From positions 16,500 through 80,499 of the forward strand of contig JAUCBJ010004063.1 in the NCBI GenBank assembly GCA_032718475.1: DNA of 64,000 nucleotides. The letters run 5' to 3'. Position numbers and translations under genes: made by a program. A model generated the notes under the pieces. That model saw nothing but the letters and a program-made list of their open reading frames with translations, was not told the DNA's origin and ran no database searches. Origin of the DNA: Nemertoderma westbladi. Taxonomy: Eukaryota; Animalia; Xenacoelomorpha. How positions within the stretch are numbered: position 1 is the first letter of the stretch; every line of letters starts with the position of its first letter. Shown here one piece after another: positions 53,108 through 64,000 of this stretch.

Positions 53108-55497
53108 CTAGAAAAAATATAGATACATTGGATTGTGTTAATAAACAATGCTTGCAGGTTTGCAAAGAGTAACTCTTGCAAACCTCTTACCATGGTAGTT
53201 TCACACACAAAATCTCACAGCTAAAACTATCTGTGTTGGGACACTAACAAAATTCTCCGAATATTGTGACAGCCACAATCAATTGTAGTAATTTTGTGAC
53301 AGCCACAAACAATTGTCTGAATGTTGTGACAGCCACAAACATTTGTCGCAATGTTGGGACTGCCACAAACAATTATCCGAATGTTGTGACAGCCACAAAC
53401 AATTGTCGCAATGTTGTAACAGCCACAAACAATTGTCGTAATGTTGTGACAGCCACAAACAATTGTCCGAATGTTGTGACAGACACAAACAATTGTCGTA
53501 ATGTTGTGACAGCCACAAACAATTGTAGTAATGTTGTGACAGCCACAAGCAATTGTCGCATTATTGTGACAGCCACAACCAATTGTCGCAATATTATGAC
53601 AGCCACATATAATTGTCGTAATGTTGTGACAGTCACAAACAATTTTAGAATGTTGTGACAGCCGCAAACAATTGCCAGAATGTTATGACAACCACAAACA
53701 ATAGTCGTAGTTTTGTGATACGCACAAACAATGGATAAATTCTGTATCAGCCACAAACAACTGCTGTGTTGCAGTATACCGTGCAACCGGGACAGCTACA
53801 AACAATTTTCGTAATGTTGAGACAGCCACAAACAATTGTCGCAATGTTGTGACAGCTGCAAACAATTTTTGTAATGTATTAAAAGCCACAAACAATTGTC
53901 GTAATGTTGTGACAGCCACAAACAATTGTCGTAATGTTGTGACAGCCACAAAAAATTGTCTCAATATTGTGACAGCCACAAACAATTGTCGCAATATTGT
54001 GACAGCCACAAAAACTTGTCGTAATGTCGTGACAGTCACAACCAATTTCAGAATGTTGTGACAGCCGCAAACAATTGTCAGAATGTTATGACAGCCACAA
54101 ACAATAGTCGTAGTTTTGTGATACGCACAAACAATGGAGAAATTCTGTATCAGCCACGAACAACTGCTGTATTGCAGTATGCCGTGCAACCGGGACAGCT
54201 ACAAACAATTTTCGTAATGTTGTGACAGCCACAATCAATTGTAGTAATTTTGTGACAGCCACAAACAATTGTCTGAATGTTGTGACAGCCACAAACATTT
54301 GTCGCAATGTTGGGATTGCCACAAACAATTTTCCGAATGTTGTGGCAGCCACAAACAATTGTCGCAATGTTGTAACAGCCACAAACAATTGTCCGAATGT
54401 TGTGATAGCCACAAACAATTGTCGTAATGTTGTGACAGCCACAAACAATTGTAGTAATGTTGTAACAGCCACAAGCAATTGTCGCAATATTGTGACAGCC
54501 ACAAAAAATTGTCGTAATGTTGTGACAGTCACAAACAATTTCAGAATGTTGTGACAGCCGCAAACAATTGCCAGAATGTTATGACAGCCACAAACAATAG
54601 TCGTAGTTTTGTGATACGCACAAACAATGGAGAAATTCTGTATCAGCCACGAACAACTGCTGTGTTGCAGTATGCCGTGCAACCGGGACAGCTACAAACA
54701 ATTTTCGTAATGTTGAGACAGCCATAAACAATTGTCGTAGTATTGTGACAACCACAAACAATTGTCGTAATGTTGTGACGGCCACAAACAATTGTCCGAA
54801 TGTTGTGACAGCCACAAACAATTGTCGTAATGTTGCGACAGTCACAAACAATTGTCGTAATATTGTGACAGCCACAAAAAATTGTCGTAATGTTGTGACG
54901 GCCACAAACAATTGTCCGAATGTTGTGACAGCCACAAACAATTGTCGTAATGTTGCGACAGCTACAAACAATTGTCGCAATATTCTGACAGCCACAATCA
55001 ATTGTCACAATGTTGTGACAGCCACAAACAATTGTCGCAATGTTGTGACAACCACAAACAATTGTAGCAATATTGTGACAGCCTCAAACAATTGACGCCA
55101 TGTAATGACAGCCACAAAGAATTGTCGTAATATTGTGACAGCTACAAACAATTGTCGTAATATTGTGACAGCCACAATCAATTGACACAATGTTGTGGCA
55201 GCCACAAACAATTGTCGTAATATTGTGACAGCCACAATCAATTGTCACAATGTTGTGACAGCCACAAACCATTGTCGTAATGTTGCGACAGCCACAAACA
55301 ATTGTCGTAACATTGTGACAGCTACAAACAATTGTCGTAATATTGTGACAGCCACAATCAATTGTCACAATGTTGTTACGGCCACAAACAATTCTCCAAA
55401 TGTTGTAACAGCTACAAACAATTGCCGTAATATTAGAATTAATCTTCAAATAAACTTTTAAATTTATCATCAAAATAATATAAGTGTGTAAATTTAC

Positions 55498-55626
55498 CGC
55501 TTTATCAGCGGTGGGTTCATCGAGCAGATCAAGATCGCTTGTGAAGATCGGTTGCTTTTCAGGAGCAGCAGAGCCACCCAATATCAACGGAATACTATCC
55601 GTTATGTCGTCAATTTCTTCGTTAAA
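55498..55626 (-). other. Putative 129-nt exon A, copy 4
   Basis: Nearly identical to copy 2. Confidence 0.5.
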
Positions 55627-57148
55627 CTAGAAAAAATATAGATACATTGGATTGTGTTAATAAACAATGCTTGCAGGTTTGCAAAAAGTAACTCTTGCAA
55701 ACCTCTTACCATGGTAGTTTCACACACAAAATCTCACAGCTAAAACTAACTGTGTTGGGACACTAACAAAATTTTCCGAATATTGTGACAGCCACAATCA
55801 ATTGTAGTAATTTTGTGACAGCCACAAACAATTGTCTGAATGTTGTGACAGCCACAAACATTTGTCGCAATGTTGGGACTGCCACAAACAATTTTCCGAA
55901 TGTTGTGGCAGCCACAAACAATTGTCGCAATGTTGTAACAGCCACAAACAATTGTCCGAATGTTGTGATAGCCACAAACAATTGTCGTAATGTTGTGACA
56001 GCCACAAACAATTGTAGTAATGTTGTGACAGCCACAAGCAATTGTCGCAATATTGTGACAGCCACAAAAAATTGTCGTAATGTTGTGACAGTCACAAACA
56101 ATTTCAGAATGTTGTGACAGCCGCAAACAATTGCCAGAATGTTATGACAGCCACAAACAATAGTCGTAGTTTTGTGATACGCACAAACAATGGAGAAATT
56201 CTGTATCAGAACCAACAACTGCTGTGTTGCAGTATGCCGTGCAACCGGGACAGCTACAAACAATTTTTGTAATGTTGAGACTGCCACAAACAATTGTCGC
56301 AATGTTGTGACAGCTACAAACAATTTTCGTAATGTTGAGACAGCCACAAACAATTGTCGCAATGTTGTTACAGCTACAAACAATTTTCGTAATGTTTTGA
56401 AAGCCACAAACAATTGTCGTAATGTTGTGACTGCCACAAACAATTGTCGTAATGTTGTGACAGCCACAAACAATTGTCTCAATAATGTGACAGCCACAAA
56501 CAATTGTTGCAATATTGTGACAACCACAAACAATTGACGCAATGTAATGACAGCCACAAAGAATTGTCGTAATATTGTGACAACCACAAACAATTGTCGT
56601 AATGTTGTGACGGCCACAAACAATTGTCCGAATGTTGTGAGAGCCACAAACAATTGTCGTAATGTTACGACAGTCACAAACAATTGTCATAATATTGTGA
56701 CAGCCACAAAAAATTGTCGTAATGTTGTGATGGCCACAAACAATTGTCCGAATGTTGTGACAGCCACAAACAATTGTCGTAATGTTGCGACAGCCACAAA
56801 TAATTGTCGCAATATTCTGACAGCCACAATCAATTGTCACAATGTTGTGACAGCCACAAAGAATTGTCGCAATGTTGTGACAACCACAAACAATTGTAGC
56901 AATATTGTGACAGCCTCAAACAATTGACGCAATGTAATGACAGCCACAAAGAATTGTCGTAATATTGTGACAGCTACAAACAATTGTCGTAATATTGTGA
57001 CAGCTACAAACAATTGTCGTAATATTGTGACAGCCACAAAAATTGCAGGAATGTTGTAACAGCCACAAACAATTGCCGTAATATTAGAATTATTCTTCAA
57101 ATAAACTTTTAAATTTATCATCAAAATAATATAAGTGTGTAAATTTAC

Positions 57149-57282
57149 ATCCTTATCAGCGGTGGGTTCATCGAGCAGATCAAGATCGCTTGTGTACTGT
57201 AGATCGGTTGCTTATCAGGAGCAGCAGAGCCACCCAATATCAACGGAATATTACCCGTTATGACGTCAATTTCTTCGTTAAA
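57149..57282 (-). pseudogene. Exon A copy 5, frameshifted (134 nt)
   Basis: Net 5-bp insertion (CTTGTGTACTGTAGATC vs CTTGTGCAGATC) breaks the frame. Confidence 0.45.
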
Positions 57283-58897
57283 CTAGAAAAAATATAGATA
57301 CATTGGATTGTGTTAATAAACAATGCTTGCAGGTTTGCAAAAAGTAACTCTTGCAAACCTCTTACCATGGTAGTTTCACACACAAAATCTCACAGCTAAA
57401 ACTATCTGTGTTGGGACAGTCACAAACAACTTCGGAATATTGTGACAGCCACAATCAATTGTAGTAATTTTGTAACAGCCACAAACAATTGTCTGAATGT
57501 TGTGACAGCTACAAACATTTGTCGCAATGTTGTGACAGCCACAAACAATTGTCCGAATGTTGTGACAGCCACAAACAATTGTCGTAATGTTTTGACAGCC
57601 AAAAACAATTGTCGCAATATTGTGACAGCCACAAACAATTGTCGCAATATTATGACAGCCACAAAAAATATCGTAATGTTGTGACAGTCACAAACAATTG
57701 TCGCAAGGTTGTGACAGCCACAAACAATTGTCGTAATGTTGTGACAGCCACAAACAATTGTCGCAAAGTTGTTACAGCCACAAACAATTGTCGTAATGTT
57801 GTGACAGCAACAAACAATTGTCGTAATGTTGTGTCAGCTACAAACAATTGTCGCAATGTTGTGACAGCCACAAACAATTGTACGAATGCTGTGACAGCTA
57901 CAAACAATTGTCGTAATGTTGTGACAGCCACAAACAATCGTACAAATGTTGTGACAGCAACAAACAATTGTATGAATGTTGTGACAGCTACAAACAATTG
58001 TCGTAATGTAGTGACAACTACAAACAATTGTCGTAATGTTGTGACAGCCACAAACAATTGTAGTAATTTTGTGACAGCCACAAACAATTGTCCGAATGTT
58101 GTGATAGCTACAAACAATTGTCGTAATGTTGTGACAGCTACAAACCGAATGTTGTGATAGCTACAAACAATTGTCGTAATGTTGTGACAGCTACAATACA
58201 ATTGTCGTAATTTTGTGACAGCCACAAACAATTGTCGTAATGTTGTTACAGCCACAAACAATTATTGTCGTAATGTTGTGAAAGCAAAAAACAATTATCG
58301 CAATCTTGTGACAGCTACAAACAATTGTAGTAATGTTGTGACAGCCACAAACAATTATTGTCGTAATGTTGTGACAGCCACAAACAATTATTATCGTAAT
58401 GTTGTGACAGCCACAAACAATTGTAGTAATTTTGTGACAGCCACTAACAATTGTAGTAATTTTGTGACAGCCACAAACAATTATTGTCGTAATGTTGTGA
58501 CAGCCACAAACAATTGTAGTAGTTTTGTGACAGCCACAAACAATTGTAGTAATTTTGTGACAGCCACAAACAATTATTGTCGTAATGTTGTGAAAGCAAA
58601 AAACAATTATCGCAATCTTGTGACAGCTACAAACAATTGTAGTAATGTTGTGACAGCCACAAACAATTATTGTCGTAATGTTGTGACAGCCACAAACAAT
58701 TATTGTCGTAATGTTGTGACAGTCACAAACAATTATTGTCGTAATGTTGTGACAGCCACAAACTAATACCAAAATGTTGTGGCAGCTGCTAATAATTGCA
58801 ATAATTTTGTGACTGACATACACAAACAAATGTCACAATTAATCATCAACTAAATATTTAAATTTATTATCAAAATAATGTAAGTGTGTAAATTTAC

Positions 58898-59026
58898 CTC
58901 CTTATCAGCGGTGGGTTCATCGAGCAGATCAAGATCGCTTGTGCAGATCGGTTGCTTATCAGGAGCAGCAGAGCCACCCAATATCAACGGAATATTATCC
59001 GTTATGTCGTCAATTTCTTCGTTAAA
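58898..59026 (-). other. Putative 129-nt exon A, copy 6 (probably the ancestral copy, unique flank)
   Basis: Acceptor TTTTTTCTAG, donor GAG|GTAAAT; preceded on the minus strand by ATG|GTAAGA (59110-59112) across an 83-nt intron. Confidence 0.55.
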
Positions 59027-60070
59027 CTAGAAAAAATATAGATACATTGGATTGTGTTAATAAACAATGCTTGCAGGTTTGCAAAAAGTAACTCTTGCAA
59101 CCTTCTTACCATTAGGTAAGATCTTACCAAATTAATTACAATAATTCGGAGTGAACAATAAATCCGTCTACAAACTGCAACTTTACTATGTATGTGAGAG
59201 ATATATTTCCAGCCTGCTTCCAAAATAGCCAATCGGAATGGCAGTACAATATTCTAGAATGCATATTAAGCATAGAATATATGCAAAGCATAGCCAGCTG
59301 GCTTTGGAGGACCTGGTATTATTCACATGGGCACTTATTGGCATTCGGAGCTCTGTATGCAACCTTTATGTATGTGCATTAAGTCAATATAATATCATGT
59401 GAAGAAAACCTTTGTATTACTAAATTGAAACTAGGCTTATGAACTTTCTGTGGAATACAACTATCAAAGTGTTTTGATCCGTTCTTGTGATATTTAGCAT
59501 CGAAATTTTACGAATAAAGATAGAATGGTCTTTATTCCTACATATGTACATGTATGGAAGGAAGGTGAAACAAAGGCAACATAATATTTTCATAAAAATA
59601 GCGGATATTTACGGGCGGTGAAATAGGCAGTTTTTTAGAACGAAATTTCTTAGGGATGGATGATAAGGGATAAAATATTATTTGTTTTAAAAGGTATTGT
59701 AATAAACGTTTCATATTTTTATATTACAGGATCAAGCAACAATATCAAGCAATAAAGTAATTTAGTAAAAGTAGCCAATTTTATTTTATAAAAAGAATAA
59801 AATGGCGTATTGCTAACAATGCAAAGTAAGACTACATTCTTTCACGTCTCGAGAATGTTGAAAGAAATTTATGCTTTTCTTGTTTAAAGTTCCCTAATAC
59901 CTAAAAATAATGTCTATTACCAAATATTTGAGGACATTATGTATATGGAAAGTTGTGAGATATAAGATTTAAATGCATTTAATTTATTAAGTGCATTGCC
60001 AAGTCAGTACGTTACAAAAGTGTTTAAAAATTTCATATTTGAGATAGAGAAGCATTTCGCCTTGTTTTTA

Positions 60071-60585
60071 CCATTTTAGGTTTATATATTATACTCCAAG
60101 CCATACTTACAAGTCTTCCTCATCTTACATACCTTGTGCGGTATTTCTGTTTTTTTAGTTTATTTCCCTGATGATGCCCCTAGTGGGAGAAATTAATTGG
60201 ATTGTATAATAAAACAGATAGAGTCGGGCGTAAAGAAACTCCTTTATTTCTCAGTCAGTACACGAAATGCATTGTCGCGCCCTGAAGTCGGCTTGCCGTT
60301 TGATTAATAACTTTAATATGATAGATGTCTGGCTATGAGTAAAATGCAATGACTTCACATATATATGTCTTAAGTCAAATGTGAATGAGCTACAAGTACG
60401 TTAAAGCACCAATATTAACATTATGTGAAGAAAACCTTTGTATTCATTCAGACTGGACCACATTGACTATTATAGGGTCTTCTCGGTTTTTTCAGAATCA
60501 ATATGCCTAAAATGATCTATGGCTATGAGTAAAGGGTAACAGTATAACATAAAGGCTATCGTCCCCAACACCCCCACTTCTTTTC
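60071..60585. repeat. Segmental duplication copy 2 (contains exon-B copy at 60133-60179, minus strand)
   Basis: Near-identical to 46796-47310. Confidence 0.93.
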
Positions 60586-63500
60586 TTGGGGGCTATCGTC
60601 CCCAACACCCCCACTTCTTTTCTTGGGGGCTATCGTCCCCAACACCCCCACTTCTTTTCTTGTGGGCTATCGTCCCCAACACCCCCACTTCTTTTCTTGG
60701 GGGCAATCGTCCCCAACAACCCCACTTCTTTTCTTGGGGGCTATCGTCCCCAACACCCCCACTTCTTTTCTTGGGGGATATCGTCGCCAACACCCCCACT
60801 TATTTTCTTGGGGGCTATCGTCCCCAACACCCCCACTTATTTTCTTGGGGGCTATCGTCCCCAACACCCCCACTTCTTTTCTTGGGGGCTATCGTCCCCA
60901 ACACCCCCACTTCTTTTCTTGTGGGCTATCGTCCCCCCCAACACCCCCACTTCTTTTCTTGGGGGCTATCGTCCCCAACACCCCCTCTTCTTTTCTTGGG
61001 GGTTATCGTCCCCAACACCCCCACTTATTTTCTTGGGGGCTATCGTCCCCAACACCCCCACTTATTTTCTTGGGGGCTATCGTCCCCAACACCCCCACTT
61101 CTTTTCTTGGGGGCTATCGTCCCCAACACCCCCACTTCTTTTCTTGGGGGCTATCGTCCTCAACACCCCCACTTCTTTTCTTGGGGGCAATCGTCCCCAA
61201 CACCCCCACTTCTTTTCTTGGGGGCTATCGTCCCCAACACCCCCACTTCTTTTCTTGGGGGATATCGTCGCCAACACCCCCACTTATTTTCTTGGGGGCT
61301 ATCGTCCCCAACACCCCCACTTCTTTTCTTGGGGGCTATCGTCCCCAACACCCCCACTTCTTTTCTTGGGGGCTATCGTCCCCAACACCCCCACTTCTTT
61401 TCTTGTGGGCTATCGTCCCCCCCAACACCCCCACTTCTTTTCTTGGGGGCTATCGTCCCCAACACCCCCTCTTCTTTTCTTGGGGGTTATCGTCCCCAAC
61501 ACCCCCACTTATTTTCTTGGGGGCTATCGTCCCCAACACCCCCACTTATTTTCTTGGGGGCTATCGTCCCCAACACCCCCACTTCTTTTCTTGGGGGCAA
61601 TCGTCCCCAACACCCCCACTTCTTTTCTTGGGGGCTATCGTCCCCAACACCCCCACTTCTTTTATTGGGGGATATCGTCGCCAACACCCCCACTTCTTTT
61701 CTTGGGGGCTATCGTCCCCAACACCCCCACTTCTTTTCTTGGGGGCTATCGTCCCCAACACCCCCACTTCTTTTCTTGGGGGCTATCGTCGCCAACACCC
61801 CCACTTCTTTTCTTGGGGGCTATCGTCCCCAACACCCCCACTTCTTTTCTTGGGGGCTATCGTCCCCAACACCCCCACTTCTTTTCTTGGGGGCTATCGT
61901 CGCCAACACCCCCACTTCTTTTCTTGGGGGCTATCGTCCCCAACACCCCTACTTCTTTTCTTGGGGGCTATCGTCCCCAACACCCCCACTTCTTTTCTTG
62001 GGGGCTATCGTCCCCAACACCCCCACTTCTTTTCTTGGGGGCTATCGTCCCCAACACCCCCACTTATTTTTTGTGGGCTATCGTCCCCAACACCCCCACT
62101 TATTTTCTTGGGGGCTATCGTCCCCAACACCCCCACTTCTTTTCTTAGGGGATATCGTCCCCAACACCCCTACTTCTTTTCTTGGGGGCTATCGTCCCCA
62201 ACACCCCTACTTCTTTTCTTGGGGGATATTGTCCCCAACACCCCAACTTCTTTTCTTGGGGGCTATCGTCCCCAACACCCCACTTCTTTTCTTGGGGGCT
62301 ATCGTCGCCAACACCCCCACTTCTTTTCTTGGGGGCTATCGTCCCCAACACCCCCACTCCATTTCTTGGGGGCTATCGTCCCCAACACCCCCACTTCTTT
62401 TCTTGGGGGATATCGTCCCCAACACCCCCACTTCTTTTCTTGGGGGCTATCGTCCCCAACACCCCCACTTCTTTTCTTGGGGGCTATCGTTCCCAACACC
62501 CCCACTTCTTTTCTTGGGGGCTATCGTCACCAACACCCCCACTTCTTTTCTTGGGGGCTATCGTCCCCAACACCCCACTTCTTTTCTTGGGGGCTATCGT
62601 CCCCAACACCCCCACTTCTTTTCTTGGGGGCTATCGTCCCCAACACCCCCACTTCTTTTCTTGGGGGCTATCGTTCCCAACACCCCCACTTCTTTTCTTG
62701 TGCTCTATCGTCCCCTACACCCCCACTTCTTTTCTCGGTTGCTATCGTCCCCAACACTCCCACTTCTTTTCTTGGGGGATATCGTCCCCAACACCCCCAC
62801 TTCTTTTCTTGGGGGCTATCGTCCCCAACACCCCCACTTCTTTTCTTGTGGGCTATCGTCCCCAACACCCCCACTTATTTTCTTGGGGGCTATCGTCCCC
62901 AACACCCCCACTTCTTTTCTTGTGGGCTATCGTCCCCAACACCCCCACTTCTTTTCTTGGGGGCTATCGTCCCCAACACCCCCACTTCTTTTCTTGGGGG
63001 ATATCGTCCCCAACACCCCCACTTATTTTCTTGGGGGCTATCGTCCCCAACACCCCCACTTCTTTTCTTGGGGGCTATCGTCCCCAACACCCCCACTTCT
63101 TTTCTTGGGGGCTATCGTCCCCAACACCTCCACTTCTTTTCTTGTGGGCTATCGTCCCCAACACACCCACTTCTTTTCTTGGGGGCTATCGTCCCCAACA
63201 CCCCCACTTCTTTTCTTGGGGGCTATCGTCCCAAACACTCCCACTTCTTTTCTTGGGGGCTATCGTCCCAAACACCCCCACTTCTTTTCTTGGGGGCTAT
63301 CGTCGCCAACACCCCCACTTCTTTTCTTGGGGGTTATTGTCCCCAACACACCCACTTCTTTTCTTGGGGGCTATCGTCCCCAACACCCCACTTCATTTCT
63401 TGGGGGCTATCGTCCCCAACACCCCCACTTCTTTTCTTGGGGGATATCGTCCCCAACACCACCACTTCTTTTCTTGGGGGATATCGTCCCCAACACCCCC

Positions 63501-64000
63501 ACTTCTTTTCTTGGGGGCTATCGTCCCCAACACCTCCACTTCTTTTCTTGTGGGCTATCGTCCCCAACACACCCACTTCATTTCTTGGGGGCTATCGTCC
63601 CCAACACCCCCACTTCTTTTCTTGGGGGATATCGTCCCCAACACCACCACTTCTTTTCTTGGGGGATATCGTCCCCAACACCCCCACTTCTTTTCTTGGG
63701 GGCTATCGTCCCCAACACCCCCACTTCTTTTCTTGGGGGCTATCGTCGCCAACACCCCCACTTCTTTTCTTGGGGGCTATCGTCCCCAACACCCCCACTT
63801 CTTTTCTTGGGGGCTAACGTCCCCAACACCCCCACTTCTTTTCTTGGGGGCTATTGTCCCCAACACCCCTGCTTCTTTTCTTGGGGGCAATCGTCCCCAA
63901 CACCCCCACTTCTTTTCTTGGGGGCTATCGTCCCCAACACCCCCACTTCTTTTCTTGGGGGCTATCGTCGCCAACACCCCCACTTATTTTCTTGGGGGCT
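60554..64000. repeat. 37-bp minisatellite, >90 copies, running off the window end
   Basis: Same unit as 47277-48023; source of the 1064-aa and 520-aa artefact ORFs. Confidence 0.98.

Larger units (their letters stand above)
48045..58763. repeat. 30-bp satellite with higher-order units carrying ~300-bp unique cassettes
   Basis: Unit GACAGCCACAAACAATTGTCGTAATGTTGT (palindromic ACAATTGT core), interrupted five times by the same cassette; kb-scale blocks recur, e.g. at offset 4993 bp (49229 vs 54222). Confidence 0.97.

Noticed and set aside
48045-58763. Cys/Thr decapeptide ORFs (TATNNCRNVV, CGCHNITTIV) resembling antifreeze or metallothionein repeats
   Set aside because: Several frames on both strands are open, frameshifts and stops are frequent, and substitutions are not confined to third positions; this is satellite DNA.
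60586-63817. 520-aa and 1064-aa Pro/Gly-rich ORFs
   Set aside because: A 37-bp unit lacking + strand stops cycles through all frames; repeat artefact.
1515-64000. CRISPR-like appearance of the 30-45-bp repeat arrays
   Set aside because: Units are head-to-tail without unique spacers, there are no cas genes, and the context is eukaryotic.

Overview
AT-rich, intron-containing animal DNA; a marine invertebrate such as an echinoderm is my inference only. About half the window is tandem repeat (units of 45, 21, 39, 127, 39, 36, 6, 15, 37 and 30 bp), interspersed with non-autonomous DNA transposons (hAT, Mutator/foldback, CACT-terminal, Helentron-like) and one 5'-truncated RTE-clade LINE. Nearly all long ORFs in the supplied track are artefacts of these arrays. 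One real gene is recognisable: the 5' part of a SPATA18/MIEAP (mitochondria-eating protein) orthologue on the + strand, with five phase-consistent GT-AG coding exons (31841-40599). I could not find its conserved C-terminal exons in this window. Most unusual features: (i) a ~112-copy 39-bp array built from the SPATA18 exon-3 end, its splice donor and in-frame stops, which inflates a ~70-nt intron to 4.4 kb; (ii) a minus-strand ATG|83-nt intron|129-nt exon-like cassette amplified six times inside a 30-bp satellite, lying between two copies of a duplicated block with a second exon-like segment; (iii) a 407-bp palindrome with two divergent tRNA-like Pol III heads; (iv) a Lys/Ser-rich exon in MIEAP. 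There is no CRISPR array or prokaryotic system here. Homology calls come from recalled sequences and motifs, not database searches.
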